From Terriglobales bacterium (GTDB taxonomy: Bacteria > Acidobacteriota > Terriglobia > Terriglobales > SCQP01), in NCBI GenBank assembly GCA_035606395.1, contig DATNFK010000009.1, positions 68,209 to 132,208 of the forward strand: 64,000 bases of DNA, written 5' to 3'. Positions 20,645 to 29,093 of this stretch are shown in pieces (positions within the stretch are counted from its first letter, which is position 1; each line of letters starts with the position of its first letter). A program made the position numbers and the translations under genes. Below the pieces are notes generated by a model, which did no database searches, had not been told where the DNA came from, and saw only the letters and a program-made list of their open reading frames with translations.

Positions 20645-21370
20645 ATGAAAGTTCTGCTCGACATAGTGCGCACGCTCGGCGAGCTCGCCAAGACCATGGG
20701 TCTGGTCGGCGTCTTTGCCCTGACTCTCTTCGATGGCTCACTGCTCTGGTTGCTGCCCGGCATCAACGATATTGCGCTGATCAGTTTCATTGTCGCCAAG
20801 CAGACCATCGTCTGGGCGGCGGTGGCGGTGCTGGTGGCCACGGTGGGTTCGGTGCTCGGCGCCCTGGCCAGCTACCGCATCGGGCGGCGCGGCGGCGGCG
20901 AGCTGCTGCGCAAGCGCTTTCCGCCGAAATTGCTGTGCCGGATCGAAACCTGGACGGATAAGCTGGGCGCGATTCCGGTCGGCGTGGCAGCCGTGCTCCC
21001 GCCGCCGTTCCCCTATGCGCCGTTCGTTTTCTCGGCCGGGGTCATGAACGTCCCCATCTCGCGCTTCCGGTTTTCGGTGGCGCTGGGGCGCGGCCTCCGC
21101 TACGCTCTCGACGGCGTCCTCGCGATCTATTTGGGCCGCCATTTGCTGCGTCACATTCAGGGCTACTACTGGGCGGCCCTGGAGCCGGCGCTGATTGTGG
21201 CCGCGGTCGCGCTGCTGGTTTGGGGGATTTTCCGCTTGCAGTTCGCGCAGCGCCCCAGTCGCAGCGATTACGGATGGCGTCAGCCGGAGGACTCGGACAC
21301 GCCTGGCGGACCGCCCGACACCGGCGATCCTTTCATTTCGACGAAATCCACCCCCGCGCCCAAGCGTTGA
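20645..21370 (+). CDS. DedA/YqaA (SNARE-associated) family membrane protein
   Basis: 241 aa and polytopic. The family resemblance is by eye. Confidence 0.6.
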   Translation: MKVLLDIVRTLGELAKTMGLVGVFALTLFDGSLLWLLPGINDIALISFIVAKQTIVWAAVAVLVATVGSVLGALASYRIGRRGGGELLRKRFPPKLLCRIETWTDKLGAIPVGVAAVLPPPFPYAPFVFSAGVMNVPISRFRFSVALGRGLRYALDGVLAIYLGRHLLRHIQGYYWAALEPALIVAAVALLVWGIFRLQFAQRPSRSDYGWRQPEDSDTPGGPPDTGDPFISTKSTPAPKR

Positions 21371-22863
21371 CGCGAGTGGCGCCGCGTCCAGGCGCATGAC
21401 GGCGCCGGGAAGTCCTCGCGAAAGTGCGCTCCCCGGCTTTCGTGCCGCGCGGCCGCCGCTCTCACGACGGCTTGCGCCGTAGTGAGAGCGAGGCTCGAGC
21501 CGGGGGCCGCGAGCCGCTCCAGTTGGCTGGCCGCCGCGGCCAGGCCCGCGCCGTTGCGCACCACGCCCGCACCCTCGCTCATGGCGGTGCGCAGTTCGTC
21601 CATAGGCGTTTCACTTGCCTCAGCCAGGGCGGCGTTCACGCCCGCGCCCGATGACGGCTGGGATCGAGCCGCGCCGGCCATGGCGCGCCCGGCGCGGGCG
21701 CCGAACACCAGACCCTCGAGCAGGGAATTGCTGGCCAGCCGATTGGCGCCGTGGACGCCGGTACAGGCGCACTCGCCGGCGGCATACAATCCCGCCATCG
21801 TGGTGGCGCCATCGAGGCCGGTGGCAATGCCGCCCATGGCGTAATGTGCCGCCGGACGCACCGGAACCACGTCGTCGGCCAGCCGCAACCCGTACTCGCC
21901 GAGTACGCGCGTGATCCGCGGGAAATGCCGTTCTAGTTGTTCCCGCCCCAGGCCGGTCGCGTCCAGGTAGCAGGCGGCGCCGGTGCGCCGGATTTCGCTC
22001 TCGACCGCGCGCGCCACCACATCGCGCGGCGCCAGCTCGGCCGCCGGATGCGCGGCCAGCATGAACCTCTCGCCCTTGGCGTTGCGCAGCACCGCGCCTT
22101 CGCCGCGCAGCGCCTCGGACAGCAAAAATCGCGGCGCCCCGGCGAGCGCCAGCGCGGTGGGATGAAACTGCACGAACTCCATGTCGCGCAACTCGGCGCC
22201 GGCGCGGTAGGCGAGGCCGGGGCCGTCGCCGGTGGCGACGCTCGGGTTGGTGGTGTCGCGATAAAGCTGCCCCAAGCCGCCCGTGGCGACCAGCACCGCC
22301 CGCGCCCGCGCGTGCCGCACCGCGCCCGCGCCGTCGCGGTACAACAAGCCTCCTGCCGCTCCGTCGTCGACCACCAGGGCAAGTGCCTCGCAGTGCGGAC
22401 GCCATTCGAGCCCCCCTAATTTTTCCGCCTGCCGGCTGAGGGTGGCCGCGATTTCGCGTCCGGTCGAGTCGCCGTGGGCGTGCAGGATGCGGCGGCGCGA
22501 GTGCGCCGCCTCCTGGGTGCGGGCCAGCTCGCCCGCGGGCCCGCGGTCAAACTCCGCCCCCCAGGCCAGCAGTTCCTCGAGCGCCCGGCCGCCTGAGCGC
22601 ACCAGCACCTCGACCGCGGGCGCGTGACACAATCCGTCACCGGCGGCGATGGTGTCGGCGGCATGCAGGGCCTCGCTGTCGTCGGCGCTGGTCACCACGG
22701 CAATGCCCCCCTGCGCGTACTCGGTGGCGGATTCGGCGCGCGCATCCTTGGCCAGCATCAAGGTGCGCGCCTCATGGGGAAGCTCGAGCGCCGCCCGCAG
22801 CCCGGCAATGCCGGCGCCGATGATGATGAAATCGAAGTTCTCCGATGGTTCGCGCGAAGGCAT
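21280..22863 (-). CDS. nadB: L-aspartate oxidase
   Basis: The ATG at 22863 gives MPSREPSENFDFIIIGAGIAGLRAAL, followed by a FAD-binding flavoprotein core. The track ORF start at 23283 is a spurious extension. Confidence 0.9.
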   Translation of the reverse strand: MPSREPSENFDFIIIGAGIAGLRAALELPHEARTLMLAKDARAESATEYAQGGIAVVTSADDSEALHAADTIAAGDGLCHAPAVEVLVRSGGRALEELLAWGAEFDRGPAGELARTQEAAHSRRRILHAHGDSTGREIAATLSRQAEKLGGLEWRPHCEALALVVDDGAAGGLLYRDGAGAVRHARARAVLVATGGLGQLYRDTTNPSVATGDGPGLAYRAGAELRDMEFVQFHPTALALAGAPRFLLSEALRGEGAVLRNAKGERFMLAAHPAAELAPRDVVARAVESEIRRTGAACYLDATGLGREQLERHFPRITRVLGEYGLRLADDVVPVRPAAHYAMGGIATGLDGATTMAGLYAAGECACTGVHGANRLASNSLLEGLVFGARAGRAMAGAARSQPSSGAGVNAALAEASETPMDELRTAMSEGAGVVRNGAGLAAAASQLERLAAPGSSLALTTAQAVVRAAAARHESRGAHFREDFPAPSCAWTRRHSRQRLGAGVDFVEMKGSPVSGGPPGVSESSG

Positions 22864-22905
22864 TGAATCCCAGGGCCCAATGTTTAAATTACACTGGAAG
22901 CCACC

Positions 22906-23982
22906 GTGCCGCGCATCAGCCAACCATTGCCAACTCCCCCGCCAGCGACCCTGGTGGCCGTGATCGAGCCCGGGCTGCTGGGGCGCGTCGCCGAGTTCCT
23001 GCCTGCCGGCGGTGCGCTGTTCGTGGTTACAACCGAGCCTGTGCGAAGGCACTGGGGAGCGACGCTCGAACGCGGGCTGGCGGGGCGGGCCGGGGCTCAC
23101 CTCCTCGAACTTCCCGACGGCGAACCGCACAAGCGGCTGGCGTCGGTCGAGTCGCTCGCCAACCAGATGCTCGAGCGCGGCGCCGATCGCGCCGCCACCA
23201 TTGTCGCCTTCGGCGGCGGTGTGGTCGGCGACGTTGCCGCCTTTCTTGCCTCGATCTATATGCGCGGCATTGGCCTCGTGCAAATTCCAACCACGCTGGT
23301 CGCCATGCTCGATTCCGCGCTGGGGGGCAAGACCGGTGTCAATCTGGCCGGCGGCAAGAATCTATTGGGAACATTTCACCATCCCCGGCAAATTTTGGTG
23401 GACCCGCTGCTGCTCAACACTTTGCCCGAGCGCGAGTACCGCTCCGGCCTCGCCGAGGCGATTAAGTACGGCATTATCGGCGACCCGGAACTTTTTCAAT
23501 ACATGGCCGCGAATGTTGCCGCGCTGCGCCAGCGCGAGCCCGGTGTATTGGAGCGCGTCATCGCCGCCGGGCTGCGGCAAAAAGCGACGGTGGTCGCCGC
23601 CGATGAGCGCGAAGGCGACCTGCGGCGCATTCTCAACTTCGGCCACACGCTTGGCCACGCGCTGGAGAGCGCCACCGAGTATCGCCATTTCCTCCACGGC
23701 GAGGCGGTGGCCTGGGGCATGATCGCAGCCACCGGCATCGCGCTCCGCCTCGGGCGCGTGAACGAGGCGGAAGCCGAACGGGTGCGGCGCACGATCCTCG
23801 CCTTGTGCGCTCCGCTGCCCGCGGTTACGATCGCCCCGGAACGCGTTCTGGCCTGCGCCGCGAGCGACAAGAAGGCTCACGCCGGGCGGCTCCATTTCGT
23901 CCTGCCGCGGGCGATTGGGCAGGTCGAGATCACGAGCGAGGTTCCCGTGGAGACGATTCTGGCGGCTCTGGCCGAGCTCTAG
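22906..23982 (+). CDS. aroB: 3-dehydroquinate synthase
   Basis: Carries GGGVVGDVAAFLASIYMRGIGLVQIPTTLVAMLDSALGGKTGVN. The start is GTG. Confidence 0.9.
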   Translation: MPRISQPLPTPPPATLVAVIEPGLLGRVAEFLPAGGALFVVTTEPVRRHWGATLERGLAGRAGAHLLELPDGEPHKRLASVESLANQMLERGADRAATIVAFGGGVVGDVAAFLASIYMRGIGLVQIPTTLVAMLDSALGGKTGVNLAGGKNLLGTFHHPRQILVDPLLLNTLPEREYRSGLAEAIKYGIIGDPELFQYMAANVAALRQREPGVLERVIAAGLRQKATVVAADEREGDLRRILNFGHTLGHALESATEYRHFLHGEAVAWGMIAATGIALRLGRVNEAEAERVRRTILALCAPLPAVTIAPERVLACAASDKKAHAGRLHFVLPRAIGQVEITSEVPVETILAALAEL

Positions 23983-23990
23983 TTCTCGAG

Positions 23991-24070
23991 GCCGGATTGG
24001 GCTCAGGGTCCCCCTTCCTGCGCCGCGCCTAAGCGGGTCGCGCGGCGACAGCCGCGCCGCGGCCCGCGCC
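23991..24070. repeat. REP-like element, copy D (hairpin 2 GCGCGGC-gaca-GCCGCGC; hairpin 1 degenerate)
   Basis: CTAAGCGGGTCGCGCGGCGACAGCCGCGCCGCGGCCCGCGCC aligns with copy C. It overlaps the 3' end of the 24029..25561 ORF. Confidence 0.65.
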
Positions 24071-25561
24071 CGTCAATCTATACACGATCTGGATGCCGTG
24101 GCGCCAGTCTTCGTTAATGCCAATGCGCGTCCACTCGATCTCGGGCCCGAGCCAGGCGGTGACCGTCTCCGTGTGCGGGTGCCAGCGCAGCGCCGGGGCG
24201 ACCATCCACAATCGGGGCGGCAGCGCGCTCAGCTCGACCCCGGGAAAGTAGCCCAGGCGCTCGAAGTCGCCCGCGAGTTGATGGCGCCGGACTAGGAGCC
24301 AGTAATCAAGCGCTTGCAGCGGAAAGCCCAGATCCTCGTCCGCCTTCAATTCCACCACCGTGAGCCGGCCGTCATGGTCGACCAGTAGCAAGTCCATCAC
24401 GTCGCGCTCCTGCGGGCGGCACGCCGGCACCTGGCGATAGACCCAGCGCCGGTCGATAGTGGCCGCCAGTACCGTGGGGTCGCTGTGGATGAGGTGCTCC
24501 ATCCACGCTTCGGGCTGAATGCGGAACAGCCAGTCGCCGCGCCTGCCGCCGGCCACGCGCTGCGCGGCCAACTCGGCGAGCAACGCCAGAAATTGCGGCC
24601 GGGTTGACTCCAACAGCGGCGTTTGCTCGCGTCCGTAGCCAAAACTGTGGCGGGCGATCAGGCCCTCGGCGGGGCTCGTCTCGCGCGCGATCTCGAGTCC
24701 GTAGACGCGGTACAGGCGGCGTCCGTCGAGGCCGCGTTCCACCGTCGCCTGGGGACAGCGTTCGCGAATTTCGCGGAGTAGTTCGTCCTCAGCCTCGGCG
24801 GCGGGAGCCGGCCACGGTGCCGGCGCCCGCCGCAAGCGGGCCTCGAGGTTGCCCTTGTTCTCGCCCCCCCATTCGGCGCGGTTGAGTTGCCCGGCCGAAC
24901 GATCCAGCCAGAAACACTCGATGGCCGGCGCGTCGCCGGGCGGCGCCAGCCCCGCGCGCTGCTGCGCCACCAAACGCTCGGCGCCGGGCGGCAGCACCAG
25001 GCGCAGCTCGGCCACATGGCCGCGCGGCCAGCGCTGGCGCGCCTGCTCGGCCAGCACCAGCGCTTGCGCCAGGATGCCGGCCGCCGTTCCCTCGTCGATC
25101 GCTACGCAGACGACGAGCGCGTGTTGTTTGCGCAGCACCAGGCGCAGCCAGGGCGAAGCCGCCTGCGGGGTGCGCGGCATGGGGACGAGTTGCCAGCCCG
25201 GCCAATCGCGCCCGATGGCCGCAAGCAGCGCCTGGCGGAACTCGGCCCGGGCCCCGCTGGAGGGGTCGCCCGCCGCGCACAGAACCAGGGCCTGAGGCTG
25301 GCGCTGGCCCATGCGCAAACACTCGAGCCGCAGGCGGTTGCCGCTTTGGGCTTTCCAGCCCACAATGCGGCGCACGAGATTGGCGTGGGGCGACCAGAAG
25401 TGGCAGACCAGTTGGGCGCCGAGGGTGATCGAGTATCCCGAGGTCTCCGCCTCCAGGCGTGCCACGCGCGCGCCCGCTTCCCACAGCTCAACCGCCGGCT
25501 GGCTGCCGAGGAAGGCGCGCACCGCCGCCGCCGCCGCGGAGGCATCAAATTCGGCAGGCAT
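24029..25561 (-). CDS. uncharacterised protein with C-terminal NucS/RecB-type PD-(D/E)xK nuclease core and ~380-aa unassigned N-terminal region
   Basis: 510 aa. The motif DLLLVDHDGRLTVVELK-x9-QALDY (D-x13-ExK then Q-x3-Y) lies at about 24300-24394. I recognised no other family signature. Confidence 0.6.
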   Translation of the reverse strand: MPAEFDASAAAAAVRAFLGSQPAVELWEAGARVARLEAETSGYSITLGAQLVCHFWSPHANLVRRIVGWKAQSGNRLRLECLRMGQRQPQALVLCAAGDPSSGARAEFRQALLAAIGRDWPGWQLVPMPRTPQAASPWLRLVLRKQHALVVCVAIDEGTAAGILAQALVLAEQARQRWPRGHVAELRLVLPPGAERLVAQQRAGLAPPGDAPAIECFWLDRSAGQLNRAEWGGENKGNLEARLRRAPAPWPAPAAEAEDELLREIRERCPQATVERGLDGRRLYRVYGLEIARETSPAEGLIARHSFGYGREQTPLLESTRPQFLALLAELAAQRVAGGRRGDWLFRIQPEAWMEHLIHSDPTVLAATIDRRWVYRQVPACRPQERDVMDLLLVDHDGRLTVVELKADEDLGFPLQALDYWLLVRRHQLAGDFERLGYFPGVELSALPPRLWMVAPALRWHPHTETVTAWLGPEIEWTRIGINEDWRHGIQIVYRLTGAGRGAAVAARPA

Positions 25562-25603
25562 CGCTTCAGCCTACCTGCGACCCGGTGGGAGACGCATCCC
25601 CCC

Positions 25604-25627
25604 AAACGCGGGTTAAAACGCGGGTTA
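25604..25627. repeat. perfect tandem 12-mer AAACGCGGGTTA x2 in a divergent promoter region
   Basis: Read directly from the sequence. It lies 43-66 nt upstream of the nuclease-gene ATG (minus strand) and 59-82 nt upstream of the small ORF at 25686. Confidence 0.7.
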
Positions 25628-25685
25628 AAAAATCGATGCAACTAACGCCCGGAAGGCCGCATCGAATCGGACGGGGAGAAGCGCA

Positions 25686-25925
25686 ATGCCGTTTTCCATT
25701 TGGGGCTGCCCACACTCGCATCTCAGTTTTCCCATCGTGACCCACGATCAGGTGACCGAGCCCAAGCTGACGAAGGAGCAGAGCCACGGCGAGCGCCGCC
25801 CCCGGCCCCACGTAACCTGCCTCGACTGCGGACGCGAATTCTGGTACGACTGGGTCCGCATGCGCCGGCTCGATGAGCGCCCCCAGACCGCTATCCCCGC
25901 CGTTTCTCCCCGCCGCGCCGCTTGA
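25686..25925 (+). CDS. small hypothetical protein, possible zinc ribbon (CPHSH ... CLDCG)
   Basis: 79 aa. A strong RBS (GGGGAGAAG) lies 4-5 nt before the ATG, and third positions are G/C-rich. Confidence 0.5.
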   Translation: MPFSIWGCPHSHLSFPIVTHDQVTEPKLTKEQSHGERRPRPHVTCLDCGREFWYDWVRMRRLDERPQTAIPAVSPRRAA

Positions 25926-26126
25926 GGAGAGTGCCACAGGCGAGCCTCTGCGCCCCTGCGAACGACGCTCGATCAAAAGCACTAGTAGCCGCGAGATAAG
26001 CACCATAGGAAGCGGTGCTGGTGGCTGCATGGTCCTACCTGTTGGGCCGTTGACGGGGCTCAAGAGGTCGTCCTAAGCTAGGCTTGCAGGCGAATAAAAA
26101 GCGAAATGTGAGTGCCTGCTTCGGCC

Positions 26127-26819
26127 ATGAAATCAGCTCTGGAAAATCTGCTTGCATCGCGCGGTTTTGGCCCCACGCTGGCTGCCTGGCAGGCCGCGCC
26201 GGAGGCGCCGTCGGAGATGGCATCGCAGCTTCGGCCCGGCACGGTGAGTGAATTGGTGCCTGATCGGGAAGCCGAGGCGGCCGGCGGTGGCGTGACCAGC
26301 CGCGCGCTGCAACTGGCGGCTGCGGCGCCAGGGCCAGTGGCATGGCTCGATCCCCAGGACAGCTTCGACCCCGCTTCCGCCGCCCGCGCCGGGGTGGCGC
26401 TCGAGCGGCTGCTCTGGGTGCGGGGTGGCCAGGCGCCGGCGGCGCTCGAGGCCGCGCAGCTCATCCTCCATGCCGGTCGTTTCGCGCTGGTGGTGGTGGA
26501 TTTTCTCGATCTGCCTTCGGCCGCGCTGCGGATTCCGCGGGCCGCCTGGTTCCGGCTGCTGCGCACGCTGGAGCGCGAACGCCGGGCCTCGCTACTGGTG
26601 CTGGCGCCGCGGCCGCTGGCCGGCTCCTGCGCCGATCAGGTGATCGCTTGCTCCTACCAGTCGGTCGAGTGGCGGGGCTCGTCGTACGCGCTGTTCGATC
26701 GCGCCCGGCTGGGTTTCCGGCTGGTCACCAGCCGGCGCGCGCCGTCCTCTGTCGCTCAGGCGCCGGGCAAGCGGCCGGTGGACGCGGTGGGGCCGGTGGA
26801 TCGGGAGTTCGTCGCGTGA
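26127..26819 (+). CDS. imuA: ImuA (RecA/SulA-like component of the ImuA-ImuB-DnaE2 mutasome)
   Basis: Carries VSELV, GGGVTSRALQLAAAA, VAWLDPQDSFDPASAARAGVALERLLWVRG and GRFALVVVDF, and has the typical position before imuB. The start is the ATG at 26127 or the GTG at 26112. Confidence 0.75.
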   Translation: MKSALENLLASRGFGPTLAAWQAAPEAPSEMASQLRPGTVSELVPDREAEAAGGGVTSRALQLAAAAPGPVAWLDPQDSFDPASAARAGVALERLLWVRGGQAPAALEAAQLILHAGRFALVVVDFLDLPSAALRIPRAAWFRLLRTLERERRASLLVLAPRPLAGSCADQVIACSYQSVEWRGSSYALFDRARLGFRLVTSRRAPSSVAQAPGKRPVDAVGPVDREFVA

Positions 26820-28405
26820 GCCACTTTATTGCCGCATGGCTGCCGGTGTTTTCACTGCAAGCCGCCGCTGGGAGTTTGCCCCTGTCACCCACAGTTGTGA
26901 GCGAGCGCGACGGTCCGCTGGATCTGGTGGTCGCCGCCAACAGCGCCGCGCGCCGGGCGGAAATTCATCCGGCGATGTCGGTGTCGCAAGCCCTGGGGCG
27001 GTGTGCGACACTCCTCGTTCTCGTGCGCAATACCGAGGCCGAGGCGCAACTCGCCGCGCGGCTGCTGGCCGAGGCCGATCATATTTCGCCGCGCCTTCAG
27101 GCCGTGGGTCCCGATCTGGTACTGTTGGATTTCGCCGGGCTCGAGCGTCTGCACGGTTCGGCCGCGGCGGCCGCCGCGCGGCTCGCGCGCGCGCTGGGCG
27201 GAACGCAGGCAGCCACCGAGTCCTCCAGCGGAGGAGATCAAGGTCAACCGTCGCGGAATGCTGAAGAGTGGCTTGCTGCCGGGAAACAAATTCCGCCTAG
27301 CCTCTTTACGCTGCAGACCGGGATTGCCGCGCACCCCGCCATGGCCCTCATTGCCGCCAAGTGCGGGTTGGGTCTAGTCGCCGCGGGCGGCGAGGCGGCG
27401 GCGCTCGATCGCCTGCCGGTGGACCTGCTCGCCGATCTCAACGAACTCACCCGCGCTTTTATGGATGCGGGGCAGGTTGCCGAAGTGCTGGCGCTGCTGC
27501 ATCGCTGGGGCATCCAAACCATGGGCGCGCTGGCACGATTGCCGCGGGCGCAGCTCGCGGCCCGCCTGGGTTCGACCGGCGTGCAACTGCAAGCCATCGC
27601 GCGCGGCGAAGCGCTGGGAATTTTGCAGGCCGCCGGCGTGGCCGAGTCTTGCCTGGAGCGCACAATCGCCTTCGACCCTCCCAGCAGCGATCTCGAAATC
27701 ATCAAGCTAGCCGTTACCCAGGCAGCCGGATCGCTTGCGCCCGAGCTGGAAAAGCACGACCGCGTTATAGACCGGTGCCAAATCGGGCTCAGTTTGGAGA
27801 ACGACCCGCAACCGCGGCTCTATGTCCGCGCCTTTGCCCTGCCCACGCGCGATGCCGCCATGATCGCCGCCCAACTTCAGCTCGCGCTCGAACATCAACC
27901 GCCGTCACGCCCGGTGCACTCGCTGGCGCTGCGCTGCAACGTGGTGCATCCGCGACGGGTGCAGGCGCCGCTTTTCGCCGCCGCCCGGCCCGACCCGGGG
28001 AAGCTGCCAAAGCTGCTGGCGCGTCTGGGCGAAATGTTTGGTCCGGAATGGGTCGGCTCGCCCCGGCTGGTGGATTCGCATCGCCCGGGAGCTTTTGCGC
28101 CGCAGCCGTTCACCCTGCCCGATGAGCTGGAAGCGCCCGCCGTCGCGCCGCCGGTGGCGAGGCTGGCGCTCCGCGCCTTCCGTCCGCCGCGGGTGATGGA
28201 GGGCTCCGAGCTTCGTCTGTTGCGCCGGGCCGGACCATGGCGCAGCCAGGGCGGATGGTGGCGGGAGAAGGGCGACGCGCAGCGCTGGGCCGAGGATGAA
28301 TGGGATGCGGAGATTTGTTTGGATGGCGAATCGCGCCCCGCCTGGTACCGCCTGGCGCGCGATCTCACCACCCAGCGGTACTATCTGCTTGGCCGGTACG
28401 ATTGA
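26816..28405 (+). CDS. imuB: ImuB (catalytically inactive Y-family polymerase-like)
   Basis: The GTG at 26816 overlaps the imuA stop (GTGA). The product begins VSHFIAAWLPVFSLQAA and has Y-family-like N-terminal architecture. The track ORF start at 26342 lies inside imuA. Confidence 0.8.
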   Translation: MSHFIAAWLPVFSLQAAAGSLPLSPTVVSERDGPLDLVVAANSAARRAEIHPAMSVSQALGRCATLLVLVRNTEAEAQLAARLLAEADHISPRLQAVGPDLVLLDFAGLERLHGSAAAAAARLARALGGTQAATESSSGGDQGQPSRNAEEWLAAGKQIPPSLFTLQTGIAAHPAMALIAAKCGLGLVAAGGEAAALDRLPVDLLADLNELTRAFMDAGQVAEVLALLHRWGIQTMGALARLPRAQLAARLGSTGVQLQAIARGEALGILQAAGVAESCLERTIAFDPPSSDLEIIKLAVTQAAGSLAPELEKHDRVIDRCQIGLSLENDPQPRLYVRAFALPTRDAAMIAAQLQLALEHQPPSRPVHSLALRCNVVHPRRVQAPLFAAARPDPGKLPKLLARLGEMFGPEWVGSPRLVDSHRPGAFAPQPFTLPDELEAPAVAPPVARLALRAFRPPRVMEGSELRLLRRAGPWRSQGGWWREKGDAQRWAEDEWDAEICLDGESRPAWYRLARDLTTQRYYLLGRYD

Positions 28406-28420
28406 CGTAAGGACAGCATT

Positions 28421-29086
28421 ATGTGCGGACGCTTTACACTCACCAAACCTCCCGACATCATCACACAGCACTTTGGCCTGGCGGGCCACGGCGGTATGGA
28501 CGCGCTGTGCATGCCGCGCTACAACATTGCGCCCACGCAGACCATCTTCGCGCTGCGCCACATCGAGGGCCGCCGCGAGTTGATTCCGGCGCGCTGGGGA
28601 TTGATTCCAGCCTGGGCGAAGAACGCAAACGCGCCTCTCATCAACGCGCGCGCCGACACGCTGGCGCTGAAGCCGTCGTTCCGTGAGGCGTTTCGCCAGC
28701 GGCGCTGCCTTATTCCCGCCGATGGATTTTATGAATGGCAGCCGGCGGGGAAGCGCAAGCAGCCGTGGTTTATTTCGCTGGTCAACCAGGAGGTGTTCGC
28801 GTTTGCCGGGCTGTGGGAAGCGTGGCGCGCACCGGATGGAACGCTTACGCCCACCTGCGCCATCATCACCACCACACCCAATGAACGCCTGGCCTCGATT
28901 CACGATCGCATGCCGGCGATTATTCCTCCCGCCGCCTACGACGAGTGGCTCGTGGGCGACAATCCGGCGGCGCTGCTTGCGCCCTATCCGGCCGAAGCGT
29001 TTCAGTTGCATCCGGTGGCGGCCACGGTTTCCAGTCCGCGTAACGATTCCCCCGAGTGCAATCAAGCCGTTGCATTAACGCCGTAG
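28421..29086 (+). CDS. SOS-response-associated peptidase (SRAP/YedK/HMCES family, abasic-site sensor)
   Basis: The product begins MCGRF (catalytic Cys2) and carries YNIAPTQ, ARWGLIPAW and ADGFYEW. The RBS AAGGA is present. Confidence 0.9.
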   Translation: MCGRFTLTKPPDIITQHFGLAGHGGMDALCMPRYNIAPTQTIFALRHIEGRRELIPARWGLIPAWAKNANAPLINARADTLALKPSFREAFRQRRCLIPADGFYEWQPAGKRKQPWFISLVNQEVFAFAGLWEAWRAPDGTLTPTCAIITTTPNERLASIHDRMPAIIPPAAYDEWLVGDNPAALLAPYPAEAFQLHPVAATVSSPRNDSPECNQAVALTP

Positions 29087-29093
29087 TTGTTTC

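Noticed and set aside
22864-23283. Upstream extension of the nadB ORF. The same type of extension occurs for ruvB (15593-16081), imuB (26342-26815), galT (7748-7897), the kinase (53281-53613), the response regulator (33083-33241) and the wHTH regulator (58741-58998)
   Set aside because: The extensions overlap neighbouring genes and lack family-typical sequence. Internal starts give the canonical N-termini.
25566-26063. 165-aa minus-strand ORF in the imuA upstream region
   Set aside because: It is antisense to the small ORF that has a strong RBS. It has poor composition and no RBS.
27905-29065. 386-aa minus-strand ORF
   Set aside because: It is antisense to imuB and the SRAP gene, and is a shadow ORF.
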